Part shown: one piece after another, positions 46,758 through 56,482 of the stretch
How the letters are laid out: the number at the start of each line of letters is the position of its first letter
How positions within the stretch are numbered: position 1 is the first letter of the stretch
Virus record (IMG/VR): IMGVR_UViG_3300034682_000176
Location: 160,811-224,810 of that record
DNA: 64,000 bases
Reading direction: 5' to 3' (one strand)
Position numbers and translations under genes: made by a program
Notes under the pieces: generated by a model
Told to the model about the DNA's origin: nothing
The model's input: the letters and a program-made list of their open reading frames with translations, nothing else
The model's database searches: none

Positions 46758-47954
46758 ATGACTGAAAAGATCCTGATTGCGTACCACGCCAGTTGCAACG
46801 ATGGCCAAATGGCTGCCTTTGTGGCGTGGAAGCATTTCGACCGTACACCCACTACGGTGGCGGTCAACTACGACACACACAAGTTGGCGTTCTCCGACCT
46901 GATGCTGAAGCTGACTGAAGGTCTGGTCTGTGGTGAAGACCTGCGAGACTACACCTTGATGATTGTGGATTTCAGCTTCAAGCCCGACACCCTGCTGCAG
47001 CTGGCCGGCGTCTTTGGCGAAGTCATCATGCTGGACCACCACGTCAGCGCCATGGAAGACTTGGCTCAAAGCAACTGGCGCACCATCATGGTGTCCAAGG
47101 GCGCGTGCCAAAAGGAAGACGTGATCAAGTACGTCACGCCGGCCAACAACCTGAATGTGTACTTCTGCATGGGTCAGTCGGGCGCACTGATGACCTGGCA
47201 CTTCCTGAAGGGTTACAACACAGAGCCCTTGGACTATATCAAGTACACCTCGGACCGTGATCTGTTCAAGTTCATGTACCCCGAGACCCGCAACTTTGCG
47301 GCCGGCATTAGCCGTCACCAACGCAAGTCCTGGCCCGAGTTTGAAAAGCTGCTGGAAAACACGGACAAGATCATCGATGAAGGTGAACTGGCCGAAGAAA
47401 TCCGCAACACCCGCATCAACAGCATCTTGTCGCGCAAGCCACAGCTGTTGCATGCCCGTGCAAACCTGGAAGACGCGGTGCGCATCGGTGTGTACAACGC
47501 ACCAGCGGAAATCACCTCGGACTTGCTGGCCAAGTACGTGACCACCAACGAAGAAGGCGTGGCCATCGGCATGACGTACATGATCGGTACCGACAACATC
47601 GTGTACTGCTCGCTGCGTTGCCGCAAGGACATCAGCTGCTTGGCAATTGCCAAGATGTTCGGTGGAGGTGGTCATGAGCAAGCTTGTGGTTTCACTATGT
47701 CGCTGGGCGACCTGCATCTGGTGTTGACCTCCGGCAGTCTGACCGACCACCTGTACAAGGATTCCAAGGTTCCACAGTGGGCTGCACGCCGCCATGGCTC
47801 GCCTCCTGAGCAAGGCTACACCTTGGTTTCGCGCTCCAATTCGGGTGACTCGGGCACACCGATTGCCTACCTGGGTGACGGTGAGTTGATCTCGCCCGCG
47901 GTCGACAACATCATCGCTGCGCATAACGACGCGATGAAGCAGTACTTCTCGTAA
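46758..47954 (+). CDS. DHH/DHHA1 phosphoesterase
   Basis: YHASCNDG, IVDFS, LDHH, SGA..TW, DRDL, SLR and GGGGH..ACGF motifs. Confidence 0.88.
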   Translation: MTEKILIAYHASCNDGQMAAFVAWKHFDRTPTTVAVNYDTHKLAFSDLMLKLTEGLVCGEDLRDYTLMIVDFSFKPDTLLQLAGVFGEVIMLDHHVSAMEDLAQSNWRTIMVSKGACQKEDVIKYVTPANNLNVYFCMGQSGALMTWHFLKGYNTEPLDYIKYTSDRDLFKFMYPETRNFAAGISRHQRKSWPEFEKLLENTDKIIDEGELAEEIRNTRINSILSRKPQLLHARANLEDAVRIGVYNAPAEITSDLLAKYVTTNEEGVAIGMTYMIGTDNIVYCSLRCRKDISCLAIAKMFGGGGHEQACGFTMSLGDLHLVLTSGSLTDHLYKDSKVPQWAARRHGSPPEQGYTLVSRSNSGDSGTPIAYLGDGELISPAVDNIIAAHNDAMKQYFS

Positions 47955-48020
47955 GCGTACTTTCCCCAATGAGACAGAGATCTGGTGAACCCAGATCTCT
48001 GTCCTTTTTCTTTTTTCATC

Positions 48021-49778
48021 ATGACCACTGAATCGACACGCCAATTGATCAGACGCTATACCGACCTGCTCAATGAAGCAGTCGATAGCTACTACCACCG
48101 CAACGTCTCTTTGATGAGTGACGATGCGTTCAACCAACTGTACGACACCCTGGCACAGTTGGAACAACAACACCCTGACTTGATTTGTCCAGACTCGCCA
48201 ATCACCAACGTTGGCTCTGATCTGGATATGGACTCCAAAGACCAGGTTCCTTACCAAGTCCCTATGCTGTCGATTGCCACCAAAACCGACAGCACGTTCA
48301 AACCCGCTGAAGACTTTGTCACCCGCATCCAAAAAGCTTTTCCTGACGTACAGGTGGACTTCATTGCGGAGCCTAAGTACGATGGCTTAGCGATCAATGC
48401 ACGGTACTTGGATTCCCGCTTGGTCAGCTTGTCCACCCGCGGCAACAAGATGATCGGTGAAAACGTCACCCACAACGTCGGGCTGGTGCAGCGGTTGCCT
48501 TTGCAGTTGCCTGAGCATGTTCCCGGTAAGTTGGATGTCCGTGGTGAAGTGGTGATACCTACAGCACTCATGGGACGTGTCAATGAAACTGTGTTCCAAG
48601 CCTGGCAACAAAACTACGCTACGCCTCGCCACATGGCATCTGCGCTGATTCGCTCTCGCAGTGGCATTCCAGAGACACTGATGAAACCATTGGTGTTCAT
48701 GGCGTATGGCTTGGGCGACAGCGAGTACTTTCACCCCGCCTCCCAAAGCGAGCTGTTGGAGTTGTTAGTCCGCTGGGGGTTCTACTACGAAGCTTCCTAT
48801 GTGGTCATGGGGCGTACCGCGCAAGAGCTGTACAGTCACCACCAACACCTCATACACAACCGTGACAAGTTGGGGTACGAGATCGACGGGGTGGTCTACA
48901 AGGTCAACAACTTCGAGTTGCAACGCCAGTTGGGAGTCAGTGGTAAAGAGCCTCGCTGGGCGATTGCCCACAAGTTCCCAGCAGCAGCCAAGCAGTCGGT
49001 GGTGTTGGACATTCAGTACCAGGTTGGTAAGAATGGTGGTATCACTCCGGTGGTGTACATCGAGCCGGTGGGGATTAACGGCATCACGGTCAACAAGCTG
49101 AACGGACACAATCTGTTCAAGCTGCGTGAAAAACGCGTCCGTGTGGGTTCTCCGGTGATGGTGGAATTGGCAGGCGATGTCATTCCTGCAATCAGCATGT
49201 CGCTGCCGATCTCTACGTACTTACCCAACCCCAAAATCCCGCACCAGTGCCCAGCTTGCGGTGCTAAAGTCGTTCGCCCCAAAGGAGCGATGAAGTACAC
49301 TTGCACCAACACGCTCGATTGCCTGCCTCAAGTGCTTGGAAAGCTGGACTACTTCACCGGACGCGATTGCGCCAACATCACCCATCTGGGAACAGCGGTC
49401 AATCAGCTGCTGATCACGGAGTGTGGTGTAAAGCACCCGGCAGACTTGTTCAAGTTGACCAAAGAAACTTTGAGCACCAAGCTGCACTTCACGACCGATA
49501 AGATCGACAAGATCTACAACGCCATTCAATCGGTCCAGACTTTGCCACTGGAGAAAATCTTGGCAGGGTTAGGAGTCCACGGTCTGGCAGAGGCAACCGC
49601 CAAACAGCTGGTTGAAGCAGGCATGGCTTATGTTTTGCCTGCGTTGAGTGTGGCAGAGTTGGTCAACATCCCGGGTGTGGATGAAAAGACCGCACACGCG
49701 ATCTTCCAGCACTTCCAACTACCGATCAATGCGTACAACTACCAAGACCTGTTGCGGCGTTTAGCACCCAAGAGTTGA
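48021..49778 (+). CDS. ligA: NAD+-dependent DNA ligase (no BRCT domain)
   Basis: YY....MSD..F domain Ia, EPKYDG adenylation Lys, EIDGVVYK, PRWAIAHKF, C4 Zn finger, HhH motifs. Confidence 0.9.
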   Translation: MTTESTRQLIRRYTDLLNEAVDSYYHRNVSLMSDDAFNQLYDTLAQLEQQHPDLICPDSPITNVGSDLDMDSKDQVPYQVPMLSIATKTDSTFKPAEDFVTRIQKAFPDVQVDFIAEPKYDGLAINARYLDSRLVSLSTRGNKMIGENVTHNVGLVQRLPLQLPEHVPGKLDVRGEVVIPTALMGRVNETVFQAWQQNYATPRHMASALIRSRSGIPETLMKPLVFMAYGLGDSEYFHPASQSELLELLVRWGFYYEASYVVMGRTAQELYSHHQHLIHNRDKLGYEIDGVVYKVNNFELQRQLGVSGKEPRWAIAHKFPAAAKQSVVLDIQYQVGKNGGITPVVYIEPVGINGITVNKLNGHNLFKLREKRVRVGSPVMVELAGDVIPAISMSLPISTYLPNPKIPHQCPACGAKVVRPKGAMKYTCTNTLDCLPQVLGKLDYFTGRDCANITHLGTAVNQLLITECGVKHPADLFKLTKETLSTKLHFTTDKIDKIYNAIQSVQTLPLEKILAGLGVHGLAEATAKQLVEAGMAYVLPALSVAELVNIPGVDEKTAHAIFQHFQLPINAYNYQDLLRRLAPKS

Positions 49779-49927
49779 CACGGCCATATCCTGGTGAAGT
49801 ACGCCAATCAGTGAAGATGATCACCACACCCTCTAAACGGGGTGTGGTGATCTTTTCTTTTTTGTCCTATAGTTTCCCTATACCTTTAGCGATAATATGA
49901 CTGAAGCCCTCTACAAGGCAATTTGCT

Positions 49928-50350
49928 ATGTTCAAAATTGGTTCTTTATCTGATCAAGGATGGATCAGTGATCCACGGGCCATCCTGGACTACATCCTGA
50001 GCTGTTACCTGCTGTCCGACGCTGGACAATCCCTGGTGTTCAAAGGCAACATCACCAGTTTGCCTCACACCTACCACCTGTACATCAACGAGCCAGAGAA
50101 AATGGCTACGGCGATGAACAGCGATCTGACCACTTTGATCCTGCGTAGCTTTGTACAAGCTAACGTCAGTTGCAAAGCCAAACAAATCCAAGGGTCGCAG
50201 TATGCGGTCTTGGTGCGAGCCACCGCCATCACGGAGACAAACGAGCGCATTGAGCTCGCTAAGGTCATGGAAGTCTCCTCGGACAACCTTCGCAAAATCA
50301 TCCAGACCAACAATTACGGCGACGCCCAAAACGTCTTTAACAACCTGTGA
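49928..50350 (+). CDS. Conserved chimallivirus protein (tentatively gp61-like)
   Basis: 140 aa; ataatatga late motif at 49892-49900. Confidence 0.6.
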   Translation: MFKIGSLSDQGWISDPRAILDYILSCYLLSDAGQSLVFKGNITSLPHTYHLYINEPEKMATAMNSDLTTLILRSFVQANVSCKAKQIQGSQYAVLVRATAITETNERIELAKVMEVSSDNLRKIIQTNNYGDAQNVFNNL

Positions 50351-50375
50351 ACTTATGCCTTAGAGAGTAAACATC

Positions 50376-50945
50376 ATGACACACCCCTTGCAAACCCAAG
50401 TCGAGGATATGCGCCAGATGATCTTCGATGACCTGAACAAAGGTCAAGCCAAGATCTTTGAAGGTCTGGTCCTGAACATCGAAGTCAAGAAACTGCCGGA
50501 AAAGATTTTCCGTGACTACTTCCTGCAAGGTTTCCTTGGCAAACACCCCAACCCACAGTGGGCTGCTGAATGGATCGGTGTGGCAGGCAGTCCCAGTGCT
50601 GAAGTGGCTATCATTGACCAAAATGGTCAAGAGCTGTTCCTGGTGCCACCTTTGGTGGCGTCGACCTCGATGCTGTTGAACAAGCACCAAATGGGTAGTG
50701 CTCGCATCAACGACATCATCAACCACTCCGGCAACCTGGCGCAAAACTCTCCGGCGCAGGCCATGGCGTTCATGACTTCGGCTTTGGGGCAAAAGTCCCA
50801 AGACTTGACAGGTCAGCATACGATCGATACAGTGCTGGTGCGCTGGCACCAGATCTTTCAACGCTACGGGGTGACCACAGATGTCCCACAATCGCAGGCC
50901 ACAACACTGGCACCCGGCGAAGACCCACTGTTTGACTACAGCTGA
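50376..50945 (+). CDS. Conserved chimallivirus protein (tentatively gp62-like)
   Basis: LPE..F...FL..F, WI.VAGSP..EV.I.D..G..LF.VPPL. Confidence 0.6.
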   Translation: MTHPLQTQVEDMRQMIFDDLNKGQAKIFEGLVLNIEVKKLPEKIFRDYFLQGFLGKHPNPQWAAEWIGVAGSPSAEVAIIDQNGQELFLVPPLVASTSMLLNKHQMGSARINDIINHSGNLAQNSPAQAMAFMTSALGQKSQDLTGQHTIDTVLVRWHQIFQRYGVTTDVPQSQATTLAPGEDPLFDYS

Positions 50946-51046
50946 TCCATCCCAGGCAAGAGGCTCCGAAAGGGTCTCTTGCCTGGGAAAGTCTATTTTT
51001 TGATTTTGGGATATGACCCAGAGACTCTTTTTATAAAGGACGCGAG

Positions 51047-52696
51047 ATGACGAACACTATCGGAATCGTGGGTACCGACGGCCACACCCCGATCTACCAA
51101 CCAGACGGCGCCTGGCGGATCTGGGGTCTGCATGAACTGTACCAAGGAGCAGACGGTAAAGGCAAGTTTGTGGGTAAGATCAACGACTGGGTGGCAGAGC
51201 AAGAGACGGGTCGTCTTTTCCGCATCACGACCATCAACCCAGTGACCTTGGTGCCTGACCTGACACCTTTGACCTTGAACAAGGAAGTGTCGGTCGAAGA
51301 AATTACCGCTGCCAGTACCGACAACTTCCGTCTGTACTTTGATCGCTCGATTTCGCCATACACCTTGAAGGTGGATGGGATGGTCCGCATCTATGGCTCT
51401 AGTGCCAGCTTTGCCCGGATCTACCAAGGCAACTTCATCGACGAAACCAAGATCATTTCCCAGCGTTTCAACAACTCGGGAGAGTTCATTGGGGTCGACA
51501 TCCCTCTGGAGTTGGTGGGGTTTAACTCCCATGACAACTATGCCATCAAGGCAGTACCTACCGCCAACACCAAAGTGGAACTGGTGGACGGTGAGACCGC
51601 CATCGTGGCGGTGTACGACGCCAGCGGCAAACTCATCTCCCGCATCAACTGCGTGTGTGAAGAAACCACCTTTGTGGACCAAGCGTTCGCTGAGCAGAAG
51701 TTCATCACGAACATCTACATGGAGTCGGCGTTCATCAACGACACCAACAGCGACCAGATCAGCTACCCAGTCAACCTGCCTGCGCAGTCGTTCAACCCGA
51801 TCGGTGTGGTACAGTACAACGATGGCTCCAAGGTCAAGTACCCTATCGACGGCGACAAGTTCAAGCTGTTCGGTATGGAGCAATTCGTCTCCTCGATCAT
51901 CGGTCACCGCGTGCCGCTGGTGCTGCAATACCGCATGTCGGCCAACGAGTCGGGTCTGGCGTCGGTCACGGTGCAAAACGAGCACTTCATCCAGCGTCCT
52001 TACGACTTGACGGTGACGTCCCCCAATACCAGCTACAACGCCAAGCTGTATGTCTACCCAGTGTGGGTGGATCGCCTGACGGGTTACCACTACAAGGTCT
52101 TCCTGATGAACCTGGATCGCAACATCCAGTTCGATGTGACTCACCTGGTGTCTTTGGCTGCCAACTCGCCATCGTTCAACCCCATGGGGTTTGGTCTGAC
52201 CCAACGTCTGATCTTCACCGTGGACCTCTCCCACGTCTCCTCGATGTTTGCCAGCTTCTTGCACGTGCAAACCGTGGACGTCATCCTGCGTGCTTCGCCG
52301 CTGGACGAAAACGCCCCCACCCTTTGGGAAGTGGCTTCGCAAGTCCCCACCCCCACTCCGTATTTTGGTACCAACTTGCGTGCCAAGGTGGACGCCGCTA
52401 CCCGCACCAAGGTGTCGTTTGACAACAATTTGGCAACCACAACCGACTTCCTCAACGCGGTCTACAAGACCACCAATCCGCTGTTCAACCCGATGACGGA
52501 AACGGCCGCACCACAGCCCACCCATCTGGAGCTGCACCACGGCAACGAGCGTGTCTTGGTGGACGTCAATTCCTTCAAGACTGCGGTGGCTTTCACCCAC
52601 CAAATCCCAGAGTTCGCCAACGTGGACATCACGTTCCTACGTCTGACCTCCAGCGGCTACATCAAGCTGGGCGTTGCCTCTATGGTGGTGCGCTAA
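51047..52696 (+). CDS. Virion structural protein (tentatively phiKZ gp26-like)
   Basis: 549 aa beta-rich protein close to terminase; late motif upstream. Confidence 0.65.
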   Translation: MTNTIGIVGTDGHTPIYQPDGAWRIWGLHELYQGADGKGKFVGKINDWVAEQETGRLFRITTINPVTLVPDLTPLTLNKEVSVEEITAASTDNFRLYFDRSISPYTLKVDGMVRIYGSSASFARIYQGNFIDETKIISQRFNNSGEFIGVDIPLELVGFNSHDNYAIKAVPTANTKVELVDGETAIVAVYDASGKLISRINCVCEETTFVDQAFAEQKFITNIYMESAFINDTNSDQISYPVNLPAQSFNPIGVVQYNDGSKVKYPIDGDKFKLFGMEQFVSSIIGHRVPLVLQYRMSANESGLASVTVQNEHFIQRPYDLTVTSPNTSYNAKLYVYPVWVDRLTGYHYKVFLMNLDRNIQFDVTHLVSLAANSPSFNPMGFGLTQRLIFTVDLSHVSSMFASFLHVQTVDVILRASPLDENAPTLWEVASQVPTPTPYFGTNLRAKVDAATRTKVSFDNNLATTTDFLNAVYKTTNPLFNPMTETAAPQPTHLELHHGNERVLVDVNSFKTAVAFTHQIPEFANVDITFLRLTSSGYIKLGVASMVVR

Positions 52697-52717
52697 ACCC
52701 TTCATAAAGTCCCAGTC

Positions 52718-53101
52718 ATGTTCCAGCGACTGAAACTTTATTTCCTTCAGAAGCTATATCGCGTTTTGGTCTTCAAGGTGTATACCGTTGACCGAAACGT
52801 GATGTCGCACTACAAGAAATACCTGACGTTTTGCGACTTGTCGTTTGAAACCAATCAGGGACGTTTCAATTTTTCCTTCAAGGAAGATCGTCGCTCCAAC
52901 CCTCGGGATTCCGTGACCCTCAAGCGCACTTTGAGCAGCTACCTGGTAGAGCTGGAGTGTCCGACCTTACCCAATCACAGCGACTGCCCTTTGCATGAGA
53001 AGGTGATTGTGGTGGTCATGATCCAGATCAAACGGGTCAACTACGAAGCCTTGGCGCGCGTGCTGCTGGACTTGTACATCGACCAGTTCCCCATGAAGTA
53101 A
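52718..53101 (+). CDS. Hypothetical protein
   Basis: 127-aa ORF; hairpin at ~53103-53137 follows. Confidence 0.6.
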   Translation: MFQRLKLYFLQKLYRVLVFKVYTVDRNVMSHYKKYLTFCDLSFETNQGRFNFSFKEDRRSNPRDSVTLKRTLSSYLVELECPTLPNHSDCPLHEKVIVVVMIQIKRVNYEALARVLLDLYIDQFPMK

Positions 53102-53146
53102 ATACACCCCTCGTGCCGCAAGGACACGAGGGGTGTATCTTCATCG

Positions 53147-55288
53147 TTATCGACGGTGAGACTGCATGCGCTTTTCGCGCTGAATCGATTCGATCAGCTC
53201 CGAAGCGGACAGGATGTTGGTAGAAGCTGGCAACTCGTTGGCCAACTTGTGGATCTTCAACTCGATCTGGCGGGAGATGATTGGGTTGTTTTCCTTCTTG
53301 AGGTCTTCAAGCAGTTTGGCAAACTTGGCTTCCAACAACTGGGCTTCGTAGCGATCCATGTTGTCTTGGTCTGTCTTGTACTTCTCTTCCAGGTACACAG
53401 CAGAGCCGCGCAAAATCATGGAAGGGTTGATGCCGTAGACGCTGAGGTTGCGGCCTTCGGACAGCAGCCAGTAGCTGAGCAGGCTGGAGATCACCATGTC
53501 GTCGTTGCCACCTGGTGGGTGGTCGATGCGGCCATTGCGCTCTTCCAGGGCCGAAATCTGAGCGACCATCTTCTCATCACGCAGACCATAGCCGGTGTAC
53601 TTGAGCATGCTCATGAGGGTGCCGCTGTACAGCGAGGAGCGAGCCGTCACACCAGCGCCCGATGTGGCAAAGCCGATATGTTTCTTGTGCTTGATGAACA
53701 CGAACTCATCGCTCAAACGAGCGTGCATGACTTCGTTGTACACATCTTCCATCGAGTCCTTGTTTTGGACGATGGTGTTGTACATGCGCTTGTAAGGATT
53801 GATACCAGCTGCCAACAGCTTGGTGATCATGTAATCGATCATGGTTGCAGCGCTGCTCTTGCGCTCAATGATCATGGTCGAGTTGGGGTACCTGACCAAG
53901 AACGAAACAAAGAAGTCAGCCAAGGTAATCAGGTTGATTTCATTGAACGTGGCCGCTGCAATGATGTCCCCATCCACATGGTCTCGCACTGAGAAACCAA
54001 TATCGTCCCCACCGCTGCCGTCCGAGGTATCGACCCCCAGGATGAAACTGCGCTGCGCGGCAATGCGTGATTGGATTTCTTCGAGCGTAATGAACCACTT
54101 GATCAAGTAGTTGTGCGGTGCCCAGAACTCCGAGCGAGGTTGGTCGACCACATGGCGGTTGATGGTCTCGATGTACTGCTTGGGGATAGGCGACTTGGAA
54201 GAGCCCGACAGCCACTGGTTGAAAATGTCTCGCTTGATATTCTCAGGTGTCGAGATGTTTTCTTCCAGTTTCTTCTTGAGCCATTCTTCGTCGTAACCCA
54301 GCTGACGGTACGAAAAGCTGATGTTAACAATAGGGCGCTTGGTCTGGTTCTTGGTGGCCGAACTGTTGCGAAAGATCGCATCGTTCAGGTCTTTGACATC
54401 CACGCAATCCAAGAAGCGGTCGTCCCAGATGGTCGAGCCAGTGATCAGGGAGTAGATGTATGCCGCATCCCGATCGCTGGTGTTACCAGCCGTGGTCGCC
54501 AAGATGGTGCCCGAAGGGTTGCCGTTGCGTTCAGCTGCCGAGCGGGCCGCGTTACCAGTCATCAGCATAGCGCCCAAAGCGATAGCGATGTTTTCAATGA
54601 ACGCTGCCTCGTCCACCAAGTTGATAGGTGCGGTGAAACCACGACCGACCTTTTCAGCTTGTTTGGGAGATGCCGAAGACAAGTTGCCCTTGAACGTGTT
54701 GCTCAGGTCCTTGAGCTTGACTTCATCGCTGTTGAAGATGTCTTTCTTGGTAGAGAAGTTCAGGTAGTCAGGAAACTCTTCGTAGAACGCCTTGACCTTG
54801 GCCAAGGTTTCAGCTTTCAGACCTTCGGACTTGGTCAACAAGTTGATGAAGGTGTTCATCGCCCCAAAGTTCAGCAGGTACTTGACCAGCTCCACCAACA
54901 TGGTGGTTTTACCAGTCTGACGCAGAATCGTCACGATGGTCATCACGCGGTTCCAGAACAGCCAGTACATCGCAATGTTGGAGCGATTGGCTTGGAATGG
55001 CACGGCCACCATGCTACCGGACTCAGGGATGCGGGAGATCTCTCGCAGGTAGTACCAGAAGTTGAGTTTGCACTCTCTGGCAATCTTGGCCTGCATGATC
55101 AATGGAAGATCTTGACGGAAGGGATCGACCCCTTGCAAGTCGGGGTCCAGCAACGTCAAGTGGAAAGCACAGTTCTTGATACCCATGTGGTAGTACACAT
55201 CGGCCAAGTGAATGAAGCTTTGGTTGGTGGTTTGTGTGTCGTAGATCGCACCGGGATATTTCGCCCAGTCATTTTGAAACAAGATCAT
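53147..55288 (-). CDS. terL: Terminase large subunit (phiKZ gp25-like)
   Basis: Walker A RQTGKT, Walker B LVDEAAF, TTAG, nuclease GVDTSDG and NDDMVIS. Confidence 0.92.
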   Translation of the reverse strand: MILFQNDWAKYPGAIYDTQTTNQSFIHLADVYYHMGIKNCAFHLTLLDPDLQGVDPFRQDLPLIMQAKIARECKLNFWYYLREISRIPESGSMVAVPFQANRSNIAMYWLFWNRVMTIVTILRQTGKTTMLVELVKYLLNFGAMNTFINLLTKSEGLKAETLAKVKAFYEEFPDYLNFSTKKDIFNSDEVKLKDLSNTFKGNLSSASPKQAEKVGRGFTAPINLVDEAAFIENIAIALGAMLMTGNAARSAAERNGNPSGTILATTAGNTSDRDAAYIYSLITGSTIWDDRFLDCVDVKDLNDAIFRNSSATKNQTKRPIVNISFSYRQLGYDEEWLKKKLEENISTPENIKRDIFNQWLSGSSKSPIPKQYIETINRHVVDQPRSEFWAPHNYLIKWFITLEEIQSRIAAQRSFILGVDTSDGSGGDDIGFSVRDHVDGDIIAAATFNEINLITLADFFVSFLVRYPNSTMIIERKSSAATMIDYMITKLLAAGINPYKRMYNTIVQNKDSMEDVYNEVMHARLSDEFVFIKHKKHIGFATSGAGVTARSSLYSGTLMSMLKYTGYGLRDEKMVAQISALEERNGRIDHPPGGNDDMVISSLLSYWLLSEGRNLSVYGINPSMILRGSAVYLEEKYKTDQDNMDRYEAQLLEAKFAKLLEDLKKENNPIISRQIELKIHKLANELPASTNILSASELIESIQREKRMQSHRR

Positions 55289-55290
55289 AG

Positions 55291-55635
55291 TCAATCCAAC
55301 GGACGTGTGAACAAGGGTTTGGACCAGTTCATCGCACACTGCGCCATAGTGACACTGTAGCTGCAGTCACGGCGGGTGAAAATAGCACAGGCTTCAACAC
55401 TTTGCATCATGGCAATATTGCGGATGCGACAAGCGTGCTGTTTGTAGCGCTCCCACATCGTTGGTAAGACCAGCAATTCAATGCCGTTCTTCTTGGCCCA
55501 ACGCCGCGCCCAGGCATCAACACCTGTGCGATCGCTGGTGACCACCGTAGTGATCTCCAGCGGTAGTTGTCGAATCAGGTATTCCAGTTTCGTTACGTCT
55601 TCATTTTGACGCACCCCAGTGATAAGTATCCGCAT
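55291..55635 (-). CDS. YspA/DUF2493-like SLOG protein
   Basis: MRILITGVR, TGVDAWARRWA, RN..M pattern. Confidence 0.7.
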   Translation of the reverse strand: MRILITGVRQNEDVTKLEYLIRQLPLEITTVVTSDRTGVDAWARRWAKKNGIELLVLPTMWERYKQHACRIRNIAMMQSVEACAIFTRRDCSYSVTMAQCAMNWSKPLFTRPLD

Positions 55636-55711
55636 AGGTAAAGCCTTGTAATTGTAAATTCATCAAAGCATCTTTAGGACTCTTTGAAATCAGAATTTGC
55701 TTTTATTTCAG

Positions 55712-55723
55712 TTACATATATAC
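55712..55723 (+). promoter_or_regulatory. Putative early promoter TTACATATATAC
   Basis: Recurrent motif in ttttatttcag context. Confidence 0.65.
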
Positions 55724-55801
55724 AAAGTGATATGGATGTCTTAGTTTCTAGATTGAAGTGTTTTCAATCGGCTAAGTCTTATACAAAAAGGAGTATCAAA
55801 A

Positions 55802-56380
55802 ATGAACGCAATCAACACAACCGCACAAACCCTCTTGGTCAACATCGAAGATGGTTACCCCCTCTTTAAGGCCGTGAGTTATGACGAAGCACACGTGCTT
55901 CGTCAGTCTGGCGAATGGGCCAGCTACCTCTTCAAGACTATGAAGTATTCGTTAGACGGCACGGTGCTGACCCTGTATCACACCTCCCCTGCTCACGAAG
56001 AAGAAGTATCCCCGTACTTCAAACCTTCAACGGAACTGCTCGAGAAGATGGCAGAATGCCAAGCATTGCTGACTCCGGCTCGCGTGTTGTCTGAAAGCAT
56101 CGGGGTGACAGATGGTGTTTACCACACTACGAGGAACTTCGATAGTCAGACTGTGCGCCCACGCTCAGTTGGTATCTTCTCGCCTCTTTTGAATAAAGCT
56201 GAGGTCGATGGTTATAGCGAAACAACCATCGACCTCAAAGAGGTGGACCCAGCTGAGCTGAGCGGGTATTTTGAAGGACGCGGATACCCACAAGGAGTAA
56301 ACCTACACAACTTCTTTGAAGTCGAGCGAGACCACGTGGTCTCGTTCCTTCGCCAGATCCGACGTAAAGTCGTGAACTGA
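55802..56380 (+). CDS. Hypothetical protein
   Basis: AAAAGGAG RBS; own promoter and terminator (~56381-56429). Confidence 0.75.
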   Translation: MNAINTTAQTLLVNIEDGYPLFKAVSYDEAHVLRQSGEWASYLFKTMKYSLDGTVLTLYHTSPAHEEEVSPYFKPSTELLEKMAECQALLTPARVLSESIGVTDGVYHTTRNFDSQTVRPRSVGIFSPLLNKAEVDGYSETTIDLKEVDPAELSGYFEGRGYPQGVNLHNFFEVERDHVVSFLRQIRRKVVN

Positions 56381-56482
56381 TAAATAAACCCACACCGCTG
56401 TAATGGCAGTGTGGGTTTATTTTTTTTTTCTATAATTACAAGACCAGGGCTATCCTGTGAATTTTAATACCAGAGGTGAACC

